From Escherichia coli (GTDB lineage: Bacteria; Pseudomonadota; Gammaproteobacteria; Enterobacterales; Enterobacteriaceae), in assembly GCF_051903065.1 (NCBI RefSeq), contig NZ_CP178438.1: a stretch of DNA of 64,000 nucleotides; one strand, given 5' to 3'. The notes below the pieces were generated by a model. It was not told the origin of the DNA. It saw nothing but the letters and a program-made list of their open reading frames with translations, and searched no databases. Made by a program: the position numbers and the translations under genes. Every line of letters starts with the position of its first letter. Within the stretch, counting starts at the first letter, position 1. This document shows, one piece after another, positions 16,504 through 31,434 of this stretch.

Positions 16504-19500
16504 GTGAAAGATTTATTAAAGTTTCTGAAAGCGCAGACTAAAACCGAAGAGTTTGATGCGATCAAAATTGCTCTGGCTTCGCCAGACATGATCCGTTCAT
16601 GGTCTTTCGGTGAAGTTAAAAAGCCGGAAACCATCAACTACCGTACGTTCAAACCAGAACGTGACGGCCTTTTCTGCGCCCGTATCTTTGGGCCGGTAAA
16701 AGATTACGAGTGCCTGTGCGGTAAGTACAAGCGCCTGAAACACCGTGGCGTCATCTGTGAGAAGTGCGGCGTTGAAGTGACCCAGACTAAAGTACGCCGT
16801 GAGCGTATGGGCCACATCGAACTGGCTTCCCCGACTGCGCACATCTGGTTCCTGAAATCGCTGCCGTCCCGTATCGGCCTGCTGCTCGATATGCCGCTGC
16901 GCGATATTGAACGCGTACTGTACTTCGAATCCTATGTGGTTATCGAAGGCGGTATGACCAACCTGGAACGTCAGCAGATCCTGACTGAAGAGCAGTATCT
17001 GGACGCGCTGGAAGAGTTCGGTGACGAATTCGACGCGAAAATGGGTGCGGAAGCAATCCAGGCTCTGCTGAAGAGCATGGATCTGGAGCAAGAGTGCGAA
17101 CAGCTGCGTGAAGAGCTGAACGAAACCAACTCCGAAACTAAGCGTAAAAAGCTGACCAAGCGTATCAAACTGCTGGAAGCGTTCGTTCAGTCTGGTAACA
17201 AACCAGAGTGGATGATCCTGACCGTTCTGCCGGTACTGCCGCCAGATCTGCGTCCGCTGGTTCCGCTGGATGGTGGTCGTTTCGCGACTTCTGACCTGAA
17301 CGATCTGTATCGTCGCGTCATTAACCGTAACAACCGTCTGAAACGTCTGCTGGATCTGGCTGCGCCGGACATCATCGTACGTAACGAAAAACGTATGCTG
17401 CAGGAAGCGGTAGACGCCCTGCTGGATAACGGTCGTCGCGGTCGTGCGATCACCGGTTCTAACAAGCGTCCTCTGAAATCTTTGGCCGACATGATCAAAG
17501 GTAAACAGGGTCGTTTCCGTCAGAACCTGCTCGGTAAGCGTGTTGACTACTCCGGTCGTTCTGTAATCACCGTAGGTCCATACCTGCGTCTGCATCAGTG
17601 CGGTCTGCCGAAGAAAATGGCGCTGGAGCTGTTCAAACCGTTCATCTACGGCAAGCTTGAACTGCGTGGTCTTGCTACCACCATTAAAGCTGCGAAGAAA
17701 ATGGTTGAGCGCGAAGAAGCTGTCGTTTGGGATATCCTGGACGAAGTTATCCGCGAACACCCGGTACTGCTGAACCGTGCACCGACTCTGCACCGTCTGG
17801 GTATCCAGGCATTTGAACCGGTACTGATCGAAGGTAAAGCTATCCAGCTGCACCCGCTGGTTTGTGCGGCATATAACGCCGACTTCGATGGTGACCAGAT
17901 GGCTGTTCACGTACCGCTGACGCTGGAAGCCCAGCTGGAAGCGCGTGCGCTGATGATGTCTACCAACAACATCCTGTCCCCGGCGAACGGCGAACCAATC
18001 ATCGTTCCGTCTCAGGACGTTGTACTGGGTCTGTACTACATGACCCGTGACTGTGTTAACGCCAAAGGCGAAGGCATGGTGCTGACTGGCCCGAAAGAAG
18101 CAGAACGTCTGTATCGCTCTGGCCTGGCTTCTCTGCATGCGCGCGTTAAAGTGCGTATCACCGAGTATGAAAAAGATGCTAACGGTGAATTAGTAGCGAA
18201 AACCAGCCTGAAAGACACGACTGTTGGCCGTGCCATTCTGTGGATGATTGTACCGAAAGGTCTGCCTTACTCCATCGTCAACCAGGCGCTGGGTAAAAAA
18301 GCAATCTCCAAAATGCTGAACACCTGCTACCGCATTCTCGGTCTGAAACCGACCGTTATTTTTGCGGACCAGATCATGTACACCGGCTTTGCCTATGCAG
18401 CGCGTTCTGGTGCATCTGTTGGTATCGATGACATGGTCATCCCGGAGAAGAAACACGAAATCATCTCCGAGGCAGAAGCAGAAGTTGCTGAAATTCAGGA
18501 GCAGTTCCAGTCTGGTCTGGTAACTGCGGGCGAACGCTACAACAAAGTTATCGATATCTGGGCTGCGGCGAACGATCGTGTATCCAAAGCGATGATGGAT
18601 AACCTGCAAACTGAAACCGTTATTAACCGTGACGGTCAGGAAGAGAAGCAGGTTTCCTTCAACAGCATCTACATGATGGCCGACTCCGGTGCGCGTGGTT
18701 CTGCGGCACAGATTCGTCAGCTTGCTGGTATGCGTGGTCTGATGGCGAAGCCGGATGGTTCCATCATCGAAACGCCAATCACCGCGAACTTCCGTGAAGG
18801 TCTGAACGTACTCCAGTACTTCATCTCCACCCACGGTGCTCGTAAAGGTCTGGCGGATACCGCACTGAAAACTGCGAACTCCGGTTACCTGACTCGTCGT
18901 CTGGTTGACGTGGCGCAGGACCTGGTGGTTACCGAAGACGATTGTGGTACCCATGAAGGTATCATGATGACTCCGGTTATCGAGGGTGGTGACGTTAAAG
19001 AGCCGCTGCGCGATCGCGTACTGGGTCGTGTAACTGCTGAAGACGTTCTGAAGCCGGGTACTGCTGATATCCTCGTTCCGCGCAACACGCTGCTGCACGA
19101 ACAGTGGTGTGACCTGCTGGAAGAGAACTCTGTCGACGCGGTTAAAGTACGTTCTGTTGTATCTTGTGACACCGACTTTGGTGTATGTGCGCACTGCTAC
19201 GGTCGTGACCTGGCGCGTGGCCACATCATCAACAAGGGTGAAGCAATCGGTGTTATCGCGGCACAGTCCATCGGTGAACCGGGTACACAGCTGACCATGC
19301 GTACGTTCCACATCGGTGGTGCGGCATCTCGTGCGGCTGCTGAATCCAGCATCCAGGTGAAAAACAAAGGTAGCATCAAGCTCAGCAACGTGAAGTCGGT
19401 TGTGAACTCCAGCGGTAAACTGGTTATCACTTCCCGTAACACCGAACTGAAACTGATCGACGAATTCGGTCGTACCAAAGAAAGCTACAAAGTACCTTAC

Positions 19501-20727
19501 GGTGCGGTACTGGCAAAAGGCGATGGCGAACAGGTTGCTGGCGGCGAAACCGTTGCAAACTGGGACCCGCACACCATGCCGGTTATCACCGAAGTAAGCG
19601 GTTTTGTACGCTTTACTGACATGATCGACGGCCAGACCATTACTCGTCAGACCGACGAACTGACCGGTCTGTCTTCGCTGGTGGTTCTGGATTCCGCAGA
19701 ACGTACCGCAGGTGGTAAAGATCTGCGTCCGGCACTGAAAATCGTTGATGCTCAGGGTAACGACGTTCTGATCCCAGGTACCGATATGCCTGCGCAGTAC
19801 TTCCTGCCGGGTAAAGCGATTGTTCAGCTGGAAGATGGCGTACAGATCAGCTCTGGTGACACCCTGGCGCGTATTCCGCAGGAATCCGGCGGTACCAAGG
19901 ACATCACCGGTGGTCTGCCACGCGTTGCGGACCTGTTCGAAGCACGTCGTCCGAAAGAGCCGGCAATCCTGGCTGAAATCAGCGGTATCGTTTCCTTCGG
20001 TAAAGAAACCAAAGGTAAACGTCGTCTGGTTATCACCCCGGTAGACGGTAGCGATCCGTACGAAGAGATGATTCCGAAATGGCGTCAGCTCAACGTGTTC
20101 GAAGGTGAACGTGTAGAACGTGGTGACGTAATTTCCGACGGTCCGGAAGCGCCGCACGACATTCTGCGTCTGCGTGGTGTTCATGCTGTGACTCGTTACA
20201 TCGTTAACGAAGTACAGGACGTATACCGTCTGCAGGGCGTTAAGATTAACGATAAACACATCGAAGTTATCGTTCGTCAGATGCTGCGTAAAGCTACCAT
20301 CGTTAATGCGGGCAGCTCCGACTTCCTGGAAGGCGAACAGGTTGAATACTCTCGCGTCAAGATCGCAAACCGCGAACTGGAAGCGAACGGCAAAGTGGGT
20401 GCAACTTACTCCCGCGATCTGCTGGGTATCACCAAAGCGTCTCTGGCAACCGAGTCCTTCATCTCCGCGGCATCGTTCCAGGAGACCACTCGCGTGCTGA
20501 CCGAAGCAGCCGTTGCGGGCAAACGCGACGAACTGCGCGGCCTGAAAGAGAACGTTATCGTGGGTCGTCTGATCCCGGCAGGTACCGGTTACGCGTACCA
20601 CCAGGATCGTATGCGTCGCCGTGCTGCGGGTGAAGCTCCGGCTGCACCGCAGGTGACTGCAGAAGACGCATCTGCCAGCCTGGCAGAACTGCTGAACGCA
20701 GGTCTGGGCGGTTCTGATAACGAGTAA
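16504..20727 (+). CDS. rpoC: DNA-directed RNA polymerase subunit beta'
   Basis: 1407-aa ORF with GTG start (VKDLLKFLK...); NADFDGD catalytic motif present. Confidence 0.97.
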
Positions 20728-20749
20728 TCGTTAATCCGCAAATAACGTA

Positions 20750-20775
20750 AAAACCCGCTTCGGCGGGTTTTTTTA
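20750..20775 (+). terminator. Rho-independent terminator after rpoC
   Basis: aaaaacccgc-ttcg-gcgggttttttt. Confidence 0.8.
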
Positions 20776-20939
20776 TGGGGGGAGTTTAGGGAAAGAGCAT
20801 TTGTCAGAATATTTAAGGAATTTCTGAATACTCATAATCAATGTAGAGATGACTAATATCCTGAAACTGACTGAACTAATTGAGTCAAACTCGGCAAGGA
20901 TTCGATACTATTCCTGTGTAACTTTCTTAAGGAACGAGA

Positions 20940-21479
20940 ATGAAACAGGAAGTGGAAAAGTGGCGACCTTTTGGACATCCGGATGGTGATATTCGTGATT
21001 TATCATTTCTTGATGCTCATCAGGCTGTCTACGTTCAGCATCATGAGGGCAAAGAGCCTTTAGAGTATCGCTTTTGGGTTACCTACTCTCTTCACTGCTT
21101 CACAAAAGATTATGAACATCAGACGAACGAAGAAAAACAATCGTTAATGTACCACGCGCCTAAAGAATCTCGTCCCTTCTGCCAGCACCGTTATAACTTA
21201 GCGCGCACACACTTAAAAAGAACTATTTTGGCGCTGCCAGAAAGCAACGTTATTCATGCCGGGTATGGTAGCTATGCCGTGATTGAGGTGGACTTAGACG
21301 GAGGAGATAAGGCATTTTACTTTGTTGCGTTCAGGGCTTTCAGGGAAAAGAAAAAACTCCGTTTGCATGTAACTAGCGCTTATCCCATTTCTGAAAAACA
21401 GAAAGGTAAATCAGTGAAATTTTTCACCATTGCCTACAACTTATTGAGAAATAAGCAGCTTCCTCAGCCCTCAAAATAA
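20940..21479 (+). CDS. yjaZ: Uncharacterised protein YjaZ (HtrC)
   Basis: 179-aa ORF at the K-12 yjaZ position between rpoC and thiH; recognised by sequence and synteny. Confidence 0.8.
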   Translation: MKQEVEKWRPFGHPDGDIRDLSFLDAHQAVYVQHHEGKEPLEYRFWVTYSLHCFTKDYEHQTNEEKQSLMYHAPKESRPFCQHRYNLARTHLKRTILALPESNVIHAGYGSYAVIEVDLDGGDKAFYFVAFRAFREKKKLRLHVTSAYPISEKQKGKSVKFFTIAYNLLRNKQLPQPSK

Positions 21480-21481
21480 CA

Positions 21482-21506
21482 AAACCCACCTTAAGGTGGG
21501 TTTCGC
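21482..21506 (+). terminator. Putative terminator after yjaZ
   Basis: Hairpin aaacccacc-ttaa-ggtgggttt with a weak T-tract. Confidence 0.5.
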
Positions 21507-21888
21507 CAGAGAATTATCTCTGGTATTCAGAACGCCATTACCGGACTTTGCCTTGACCTTGCGATAATCGCAGGTTGCGGGATGTCTGAATTTCTTCAGT
21601 CTGCTGCATCCTGGAAGATGAGAACATGTGTTCTTATTTTCGTCTCTATCATAGTTGAGTATTTACTCTCTTACAATCAGATCTCTTTCATTGCTCAACA
21701 GGCGATGGCTTCAGACTTTGCATTACGAAATTTTTAAGAAAGGCAGGGCGAAAGGAGGAAGAAGCTTTTCGCCCTGGACAACATTCCTGCTGACGGCACT
21801 ACCATAAAAAAACACAACGCTTTCAACAACCTTGCGTTTTTCATCTTCCGTGGCGGCTCGGAATAAATTTACGTTCTTACATTCCGTG

Positions 21889-23022
21889 TCATAGTCTTTG
21901 CGAGGCGCGTCCCAGATAGCTGTCCCAGTCTTTCCATACCGGCTGCAAACCCTGAGCGGTTAACGCTGCAGCAACCGCTTCCGGTCTGCGATCGTCGTGC
22001 GGTGAGAACTGTTCCAACTCGGGGTGATTATCAGCATAGCCACCTGGCTGCGTTTTCGAGAAGGCGCTGACGTTATTGATCGCCAGCGGAATAACGCGAT
22101 CGCGAAACCACGGTGATTCCCGCGTGGAGAGTGACAGTTCAATCTCCGGTGCAAGCAGTCGGAAGGCGCAGATGGTTTGCACTAACTGGCGTTCATCCAT
22201 AATCGACGCAGGCTCAATGCCGCCAGTACACGGGCGCAGGCGCGGAAAGGAGACAGAGTAACGGCTTTGCCAGTAATGCTGTTGCAGCCATAGCAAATGT
22301 TCTGCAACCATATAGCAGTCAACGCGCCAGCTGTCGGAAAGGCCAATTAGCGCGCCGAGGCCTATCTTATCAATCCCCGCACGGCCCAGCCGATCCGGCG
22401 TTTCCAGCCGCCAAAAGAAGTCCTGTTTTTTGCCTTTCAGATGATGGCGGGCATATGTCGCCTCGTGATATGTCTCCTGATAAACCATCACCCCATCCAG
22501 ACCAAGTTGCTTTAACTCGGCGTATTCCGTCTCCGCCAGCGGTTGCACTTCCATCTGTAGTGAAGAGAACTGTTCACGTAGGGCAGGGAGATGACGACGA
22601 AAGTAATCCATCCCCACTTTCGCCTGATGTTCACCAGTGACTAATAGCAGATGTTCAAAGCCCATCTCCCGTATAGCGGCGCTTTCCCTGGCAATATCCG
22701 CTTCATCCAGCGTTTTGCGCTTGATGCGATTACTCATGGAAAATCCGCAGTACGTGCAGTCGTTAGCGCAAAGATTGGAAAGATAAAGCGGGACGTAGAA
22801 ACTAACTGTGTTGCCAAATCGCTGACGGGTCAGACGCTGCGCCCGTTGGGCCAGTTGTTCCAGATAGCCACTGGCGGCTGGCGATAACAGCGCCATCATA
22901 TCGTCGCGGGTGAGTTGCGAGGCATTTAGCGCCCGCTCTACGTCAGCAGCCGTTTTGCCGTTGATACGCAGGCGGATGTCGTCCCAGTCCAGTTGTCGCC
23001 AGCGATCGCTGAAGGTTTTCAT
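21889..23022 (-). CDS. thiH: 2-iminoacetate synthase (radical SAM, thiazole biosynthesis)
   Basis: 377-aa ORF with [10 protein letters not shown] radical-SAM cysteine motif; last gene of the thi operon. Confidence 0.93.
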   Translation of the reverse strand: MKTFSDRWRQLDWDDIRLRINGKTAADVERALNASQLTRDDMMALLSPAASGYLEQLAQRAQRLTRQRFGNTVSFYVPLYLSNLCANDCTYCGFSMSNRIKRKTLDEADIARESAAIREMGFEHLLLVTGEHQAKVGMDYFRRHLPALREQFSSLQMEVQPLAETEYAELKQLGLDGVMVYQETYHEATYARHHLKGKKQDFFWRLETPDRLGRAGIDKIGLGALIGLSDSWRVDCYMVAEHLLWLQQHYWQSRYSVSFPRLRPCTGGIEPASIMDERQLVQTICAFRLLAPEIELSLSTRESPWFRDRVIPLAINNVSAFSKTQPGGYADNHPELEQFSPHDDRRPEAVAAALTAQGLQPVWKDWDSYLGRASQRL

Positions 23023-23789
23023 ACCGATGCCTCCAGAAATCCGGTCAGCGGGCTGGTGGCATGAGCAAAATAACTGCGGCTGCCCGGTCCGGACTGACGT
23101 GCCAGCAGGCCTGCTTCTACTGCCAGACGAAATGCCTTCGCCATGTTGACGGGATCGTCCGCGACGGCAATCGCCGTATTCACTAACACCGCGTCGGCCC
23201 CCATTTCCAGCGCCTGCGCGGCATGGCTGGGAACGCCGATGCCAGCATCGACAACCACCGGAACTGTGGCCTGCTGGATAATAATCTCCAGCATGGCGCG
23301 GGTTTCCAGCCCCTGATTCGAGCCAATCGGCGCGCCGAGCGGCATCACCGCTGCACAGCCGACTTCTTCCAGACGTTTACACAATACCGGATCGGCCCCG
23401 CAGTAAGGCAGCACGACAAATCCCTGTTGTACCAGCGTTTCGGCGGCTTTCAGGGTTTCGATGGGATCGGGCAACAGCCAGCGGGCGTCAGGGTGAATCT
23501 CTAATTTTAACCAGTTTGTGCCTAACGCTTCATGAGCCAGATGGGCGGCGAAAATGGCTTCTTCCGCTGTTTTCGCCCCGGATGTATTTGGCAGCAGGGT
23601 CACACCCGCCGCGATAAGCGGTTCGAGGATAGCGTCGTTGTGCTGGCGCAAGTCGACACGTTTCATCGCCAGTGTCACCAGCTGGCTGCCGGAAGCGCGG
23701 ATCGCCTCCACCATCAGTTGTGAAGAAGCGAATTTCCCTGTGCCGGTAAACAGATGTGAATCAAACGTTTTGTCCGCAATACGTAACAT
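23019..23789 (-). CDS. thiG: Thiazole synthase
   Basis: ORF track gives 342 aa; start set to [14 protein letters not shown] to give the known 256 aa, directly after the thiS stop. Confidence 0.9.
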   Translation of the reverse strand: MLRIADKTFDSHLFTGTGKFASSQLMVEAIRASGSQLVTLAMKRVDLRQHNDAILEPLIAAGVTLLPNTSGAKTAEEAIFAAHLAHEALGTNWLKLEIHPDARWLLPDPIETLKAAETLVQQGFVVLPYCGADPVLCKRLEEVGCAAVMPLGAPIGSNQGLETRAMLEIIIQQATVPVVVDAGIGVPSHAAQALEMGADAVLVNTAIAVADDPVNMAKAFRLAVEAGLLARQSGPGSRSYFAHATSPLTGFLEASV

Positions 23790-23790
23790 C

Positions 23791-23991
23791 TCAACCCCCT
23801 GCAATAACCTGAAAAAGCAGGATCTGGTCGCCATCCTGCACGATATGTTGCGTCCACTGCTCACGTGGGACGATTTGCTGATTAATCGCCAGAGCCGCGC
23901 CCGCTTGTCGTTGGTCGAGTTGCTCCAGTAGTTCGTGAACAGTTTGCCCGGCGGCGCACTGCATCGGTTGATCGTTAAACAGGATCTGCAT
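23791..23991 (-). CDS. thiS: Sulfur carrier protein ThiS
   Basis: 66-aa protein MQILFNDQ...FQVIAGG with C-terminal Gly-Gly; ORF track start is 9 codons further upstream. Confidence 0.9.
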   Translation of the reverse strand: MQILFNDQPMQCAAGQTVHELLEQLDQRQAGAALAINQQIVPREQWTQHIVQDGDQILLFQVIAGG

Positions 23992-24730
23992 TGCTTCCTC
24001 CGCATACCGGGCAACCACTGGCGCGGCGCAACGCCAGGCTGCGCCACTGGCTCGACTTACCGTCGAACAGTCGGAGTTCTCCCGCAGGCGTCTCTATACC
24101 GCTTAATAACTTAATGGCTTCCAGTGCCTGCAAAGTGCCCATAACCCCGACCACCGGGCCAACCACGCCCGCCGTGCGGCAGTTGCGTTCTGGCTCCTGG
24201 TTATCTGGCCACAGGCAGCGGTAACACCCCTGCTCCCAGGGCGGCGTCAGTACCATCAACTGACCGCCAAATCCGACCGCGCTGGCGGTGATAAGCGGCG
24301 TGTTGAGTGCCACGCAGGCGGCATTAATCTCCTGGCGAGTCGCCATATTGTCGGTACAGTCGAGCACCACATCGGCTTGTGCAACCGCATCTTTTAACGC
24401 CTCACCCGTTAACCGTTGTTGTAATGCTGTCAGTTGAATATCGGGATTCAACTGTGTCAGTCGCTGATGGCTGACCTGCGATTTCGGGCGATCGATATCT
24501 TCAGTGGTAAAGAGGATTTGTCGTTGCAGATTGCTTAAATGCACATCGTCGTCATCTGCCAGTACCAGCGTCCCGACGCCAGCGCCCGCCAGGTATAGCG
24601 CAGCAGGTGTACCCAGCCCGCCAAGACCGATAATCAGCACCTGGCTGTCGAGCAGTTTTTGCTGCCCGTCAAGAGCGATATCGTCGAGCAGGATTTGGCG
24701 GCTATAACGCATAAAATCACGGTCATTCAT
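23975..24730 (-). CDS. thiF: ThiS adenylyltransferase
   Basis: ORF track gives 282 aa; start set to [12 protein letters not shown] to give the known 251 aa; GLGGLG nucleotide-binding motif. Confidence 0.9.
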
Positions 24731-25357
24731 CGCCAACTCCTGCAATTTCCAGCAACTGTGCCGTTGCCAAACGCCAGTCTGCGGCTTGAGTAATGGCGCT
24801 GACGACGGCGATACTGCCGACACCCGTTGCTATCACCGCAGGCGCGCGTGCCAGACTGATACCGCCAATCGCCACGGTGGGATAATCCGCCAGTCGCTCA
24901 ACATGCCGTGCCAGCTGTTCCAGCCCCTGCGGTGCAGAAGGCATCTGTTTGGTTTGCGTCGGGAACACATGTCCCAGCGCGATATAAGAGGGGCGTGCTG
25001 CCAGCGCGACGTCGATTTCCATATCGTCATGTGTCGAAACGCCCAGCCGCAGGCCTGCCGCGCGGATGGCATTGAGATCGGTGGCTTGCAAATCTTCCTG
25101 CCCCAAATGGACGCCATACGCCTGATGCTTGATCGCGAGCCGCCAGTAATCGTTGATAAACAATCGCGCGTTATAGCGGCGGCCCAGCGCAATTGCCGCC
25201 ACGACATCGGCTTCCACCTCTTCATCGCGCCGATCTTTGATGCGTAGCTGGAGAGTACGTACGCCTGCATCCAACAGACGTTCGATCCACTGTACGCTGT
25301 CCACCACTGGGTACAGTCCTAAACGAAAAGGTACAGGAGGAAAATCAGGCTGATACA

Positions 25358-25358
<1 letters not shown>
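24723..25358 (-). CDS. thiE: Thiamine-phosphate synthase
   Basis: 211 aa from the ATG at 25358 (ORF track begins one codon earlier at a GTG); start overlaps thiC stop in ATGA. Confidence 0.92.
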
Positions 25359-27256
<1,898 letters not shown>

Positions 27257-27329
27257 TCATTCCAAAAAGTTAAGGACGTGGCTTGTCAGACGACGGATGA
27301 AGCAAGAGACGATCGCCGCAAAGGCGATG

Positions 27330-27425
27330 CGATAGCAGATTAACTCTTGTTCCCTTCGCAGGTATTAGCCTGATCAGGTTCCGCGGATCCCGAATAAACG
27401 GTCTCAGCCAGTTAAGGCACTCCGA
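27330..27425 (-). ncRNA. TPP riboswitch (thi-box) in the thiC 5' leader
   Basis: Minus strand reads ...ggCTGAGAccg...GAACCTGATCAGGCTAATACCTGCGAAGGGAA, matching the conserved TPP aptamer core; boundaries approximate. Confidence 0.8.
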
Positions 27426-27485
27426 CAAGAAATTAGCCCCACAAACGGGGCGTTGAATGTAAATTACGCGTTAACAGCGCAGAAC

Positions 27486-27962
27486 TCAAGCAGGATGTTT
27501 GACGCGGGCGGCGTCAAGCACCAGCAGAATCAGCTTATCTTCCAGCACAAAGCGCGCTTCCAGTGCCTCGCCGATGTCAGATAAAACCTGTTGAAACTCA
27601 AGGTAATTATCATGATCGATAGCGGTTTCCAGGCTGGAATCGTAGTAATCCATAATCTGTTGGGTATTGGCTTCGAGTTGCGGCCAAATCTTCGCGGCGC
27701 GCGCGAGTTGCCCGTTGCCTTCCAGCTTATGAAGAATGCGCTCATAAATACTGAAATGTCCGGCAGACAAGTAATCGACCAGGCTCTGACAAAAATCATC
27801 AAGGGCTTTTTCGTTTAGCCTCATGTACGATTCTTTGCCAGGCTTAATGCCAACCAGATTGTAGTAAGCCACGAGCAGATGCTTACGTACATGTAGCCAG
27901 CGATCAACCAGTTTGTTACTTCCTCTGACGCGCTCCGTCAGGTTATCGAGCTGGTTAAGCAT
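27486..27962 (-). CDS. rsd: Regulator of sigma D (anti-sigma70)
   Basis: 158-aa ORF recognised as Rsd; K-12 synteny thiC-rsd-nudC. Confidence 0.9.
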   Translation of the reverse strand: MLNQLDNLTERVRGSNKLVDRWLHVRKHLLVAYYNLVGIKPGKESYMRLNEKALDDFCQSLVDYLSAGHFSIYERILHKLEGNGQLARAAKIWPQLEANTQQIMDYYDSSLETAIDHDNYLEFQQVLSDIGEALEARFVLEDKLILLVLDAARVKHPA

Positions 27963-28056
27963 GATTGACTCCGCAAGTTTGTATTCAAAAACTGCTCAGT
28001 GAGAAATGTAAAAACCATGTTAAACATGCCAGTGATGCAAAGGTAGTGCAAGAGCT

Positions 28057-28830
28057 ATGGATCGTATAATTGAAAAATTAGATCACGGCTGGTGGGTCGT
28101 CAGCCATGAACAAAAATTATGGTTGCCGAAGGGAGAATTGCCATATGGCGAAGCGGCAAATTTCGATCTTGTGGGTCAGCGCGCACTACAAATCGGCGAA
28201 TGGCAGGGGGAACCTGTTTGGTTAATACAACAGCAGCGGCGTCACGATATGGGGTCGGTACGTCAGGTCATTGATCTCGATGTTGGGCTGTTTCAACTGG
28301 CCGGACGTGGCGTGCAACTGGCGGAGTTTTACCGATCGCATAAATACTGTGGTTACTGCGGGCATGAAATGTATCCAAGCAAAACCGAATGGGCGATGCT
28401 GTGCAGCCATTGCCGTGAGCGTTACTACCCGCAAATCGCCCCCTGCATTATTGTTGCCATCCGTCGCGATGATTCGATCCTCCTCGCCCAGCATACCCGC
28501 CATCGTAACGGTGTCCATACGGTACTTGCCGGATTCGTCGAAGTGGGCGAAACCCTCGAGCAGGCGGTCGCGCGGGAAGTGATGGAAGAGAGCGGAATTA
28601 AAGTTAAAAACTTGCGTTATGTGACTTCCCAGCCGTGGCCGTTTCCTCAGTCTTTAATGACCGCGTTTATGGCGGAATATGACAGCGGCGACATCGTGAT
28701 CGACCCGAAAGAATTGCTCGAGGCGAACTGGTATCGCTATGACGATTTGCCGTTACTCCCGCCGCCCGGCACCGTGGCGCGCCGTCTGATAGAAGATACG
28801 GTGGCGATGTGTCGGGCAGAGTACGAGTGA
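28057..28830 (+). CDS. nudC: NADH pyrophosphatase (Nudix)
   Basis: 257-aa ORF with Cys-rich zinc motif and Nudix box. Confidence 0.93.
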   Translation: MDRIIEKLDHGWWVVSHEQKLWLPKGELPYGEAANFDLVGQRALQIGEWQGEPVWLIQQQRRHDMGSVRQVIDLDVGLFQLAGRGVQLAEFYRSHKYCGYCGHEMYPSKTEWAMLCSHCRERYYPQIAPCIIVAIRRDDSILLAQHTRHRNGVHTVLAGFVEVGETLEQAVAREVMEESGIKVKNLRYVTSQPWPFPQSLMTAFMAEYDSGDIVIDPKELLEANWYRYDDLPLLPPPGTVARRLIEDTVAMCRAEYE

Positions 28831-28869
28831 TGATACACTGACCGCCTGACGCACTAAGGAACAGCCAAA

Positions 28870-29934
28870 ATGACCGAACTTAAAAACGATCGTTATCTGC
28901 GGGCGCTGCTGCGCCAGCCCGTTGATGTCACTCCAGTATGGATGATGCGCCAGGCGGGTCGCTATCTACCGGAATATAAAGCCACGCGCGCCCAGGCGGG
29001 CGATTTTATGTCGCTGTGCAAAAACGCCGAGCTGGCGTGTGAAGTGACCTTGCAACCGCTGCGTCGCTACCCGCTGGATGCGGCGATCCTCTTTTCCGAT
29101 ATCCTCACCGTCCCGGACGCGATGGGGTTAGGGCTCTATTTTGAAGCCGGAGAAGGTCCGCGTTTTACCTCGCCAGTCACCTGCAAAGCTGACGTCGATA
29201 AACTGCCAATTCCGGACCCGGAAGATGAACTGGGGTACGTGATGAACGCGGTGCGTACCATTCGTCGCGAACTGAAAGGCGAAGTGCCGCTGATTGGTTT
29301 TTCCGGCAGCCCGTGGACGCTGGCGACCTACATGGTGGAAGGCGGCAGCAGCAAAGCCTTCACCGTGATCAAAAAAATGATGTATGCCGATCCGCAGGCG
29401 CTGCACGCTCTACTCGATAAACTGGCGAAAAGCGTCACTTTGTATCTGAATGCGCAGATTAAAGCCGGTGCTCAGGCTGTGATGATTTTCGACACCTGGG
29501 GCGGCGTGCTTACCGGGCGCGATTATCAACAGTTCTCGCTTTATTACATGCATAAAATTGTTGATGGTTTACTGCGTGAAAACGACGGTCGCCGCGTACC
29601 GGTCACGCTGTTTACCAAAGGCGGCGGACAGTGGCTGGAAGCCATGGCAGAAACCGGTTGCGATGCGCTGGGCCTCGACTGGACAACGGACATCGCCGAT
29701 GCGCGCCGCCGTGTGGGCAATAAAGTCGCGTTGCAGGGTAATATGGATCCGTCGATGCTGTACGCGCCGCCTGCCCGCATTGAAGAAGAAGTAGAGACTA
29801 TACTTGCAGGTTTCGGTCACGGCGAAGGTCATGTCTTTAACCTTGGTCACGGCATTCATCAGGATGTGCCGCCAGAACATGCTGGCGTGTTCGTGGAGGC
29901 AGTGCATCGACTGTCTGAACAGTATCACCGCTAA
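28870..29934 (+). CDS. hemE: Uroporphyrinogen decarboxylase
   Basis: 354-aa ORF beginning [32 protein letters not shown], recognised as HemE. Confidence 0.95.
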   Translation: MTELKNDRYLRALLRQPVDVTPVWMMRQAGRYLPEYKATRAQAGDFMSLCKNAELACEVTLQPLRRYPLDAAILFSDILTVPDAMGLGLYFEAGEGPRFTSPVTCKADVDKLPIPDPEDELGYVMNAVRTIRRELKGEVPLIGFSGSPWTLATYMVEGGSSKAFTVIKKMMYADPQALHALLDKLAKSVTLYLNAQIKAGAQAVMIFDTWGGVLTGRDYQQFSLYYMHKIVDGLLRENDGRRVPVTLFTKGGGQWLEAMAETGCDALGLDWTTDIADARRRVGNKVALQGNMDPSMLYAPPARIEEEVETILAGFGHGEGHVFNLGHGIHQDVPPEHAGVFVEAVHRLSEQYHR

Positions 29935-29943
29935 GGAGCGATT

Positions 29944-30615
29944 ATGGATCTCGCGTCATTACGCGCTCAACAAATCGAACTGGCTTCTTCTGTGATCCGC
30001 GAGGATCGACTCGATAAGGATCCGCCGGATCTGATCGCCGGAGCCGATGTCGGGTTTGAGCAGGGCGGAGAAGTGACGCGAGCGGCGATGGTGCTGCTGA
30101 AATACCCCTCGCTTGAGCTGGTGGAGTATAAAGTGGCCCGCATCGCTACCACCATGCCTTACATTCCAGGTTTTCTTTCCTTCCGCGAATATCCTGCGCT
30201 CCTGGCAGCGTGGGAGATGCTGTCACAAAAGCCGGATTTAGTGTTTGTCGATGGTCATGGGATCTCGCATCCTCGCCGTCTTGGCGTCGCCAGCCATTTT
30301 GGTTTGCTGGTGGATGTGCCGACCATTGGCGTAGCGAAAAAACGACTATGCGGTAAATTCGAACCGCTCTCCAGCGAACCGGGCGCGCTGGCCCCACTGA
30401 TGGATAAAGGCGAGCAGCTGGCCTGGGTCTGGCGCAGCAAAGCGCGCTGTAACCCGTTGTTTATCGCTACCGGCCATCGGGTCAGCGTGGACAGCGCGCT
30501 GGCGTGGGTACAACGCTGCATGAAAGGCTATCGTCTGCCGGAGCCAACGCGCTGGGCGGACGCGGTGGCCTCGGAACGTCCGGCGTTCGTGCGCTATACA
30601 GCAAATCAGCCCTAA
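29944..30615 (+). CDS. nfi: Endonuclease V
   Basis: 223-aa ORF recognised as Nfi; 9 nt after hemE. Confidence 0.93.
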
Positions 30616-30657
30616 TTCAGGTAAACTGCGGATAATTTCCGTATTTGAGAACTCAAC

Positions 30658-31248
30658 ATGTTACAAAACCCAATTCATCTGCGTCTGGAGCGCCTGGAAA
30701 GCTGGCAGCATGTCACTTTCATGGCTTGCTTATGCGAACGCATGTACCCCAATTACGCCATGTTTTGCCAGCAAACCGGTTTTGGCGATGGGCAAATTTA
30801 CCGCCGTATTCTCGATCTCATCTGGGAAACGCTGACCGTCAAAGACGCAAAAGTAAATTTCGACAGCCAACTGGAGAAATTTGAAGAAGCGATTCCTTCA
30901 GCCGACGATTTCGATCTGTACGGCGTTTATCCGGCAATCGATGCATGCGTGGCGTTAAGTGAACTGGTCCATTCGCGTTTGAGTGGTGAAACGCTCGAAC
31001 ACGCGGTGGAAGTGAGTAAGACCTCCATCACGACCGTTGCGATGCTGGAAATGACTCAGGCTGGTCGCGAAATGAGCGATGAAGAGCTCAAAGAAAACCC
31101 AGCTGTAGAGCAAGAATGGGACATTCAGTGGGAAATATTCCGACTTTTAGCTGAGTGCGAAGAACGCGATATCGAGCTGATAAAAGGCCTTAGGGCAGAC
31201 CTGCGTGAGGCGGGTGAGAGCAATATTGGTATAATTTTTCAGCAATAA
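30658..31248 (+). CDS. yjaG: Uncharacterised protein YjaG
   Basis: 196-aa ORF in the K-12 yjaG position. Confidence 0.85.
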   Translation: MLQNPIHLRLERLESWQHVTFMACLCERMYPNYAMFCQQTGFGDGQIYRRILDLIWETLTVKDAKVNFDSQLEKFEEAIPSADDFDLYGVYPAIDACVALSELVHSRLSGETLEHAVEVSKTSITTVAMLEMTQAGREMSDEELKENPAVEQEWDIQWEIFRLLAECEERDIELIKGLRADLREAGESNIGIIFQQ

Positions 31249-31434
31249 GACCAGAAAACGTGATTTAACGCCTGATTTGTCGTACCTGGAGTCTTCCCTT
31301 TCGCCCCCCGTCTGGTCTACATTTGGGGGGCAAAAAAAAGTGGCTATCGGTGCGTGTATGCAGGAGAGTGCTATTCTGGCATTTCCGTCGCACTCGATGC
31401 TTAGCAAGCGATAAACACATTGTAAGGATAACTT

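Noticed and set aside
13449..16637. Very long antisense ORFs inside highly conserved genes: 1062 aa opposite rpoB, 513 aa and 803 aa opposite rpoC (16597-18138, 18190-20601), 369 aa opposite tufB, 437 aa opposite rplK-rplA, 485 aa opposite purH
   Set aside because: Each lies entirely antisense to a recognised, strongly conserved gene, and the translations are low-complexity and enriched in the residues expected from reverse-complemented codons (R, V, F, T). Stop-poor antisense frames are a known consequence of codon bias in highly expressed genes.
21507..21888. Possible small RNA (sroH-like) or terminator structures in the yjaZ-thiH intergenic region, including a 10-bp perfect stem cagggcgaaa...tttcgccctg at about 21744-21776
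   Set aside because: I only vaguely recall an sRNA annotated here in K-12 and cannot place its ends or strand from sequence alone; the stem may simply be the thi operon terminator. Left unannotated rather than guessed.
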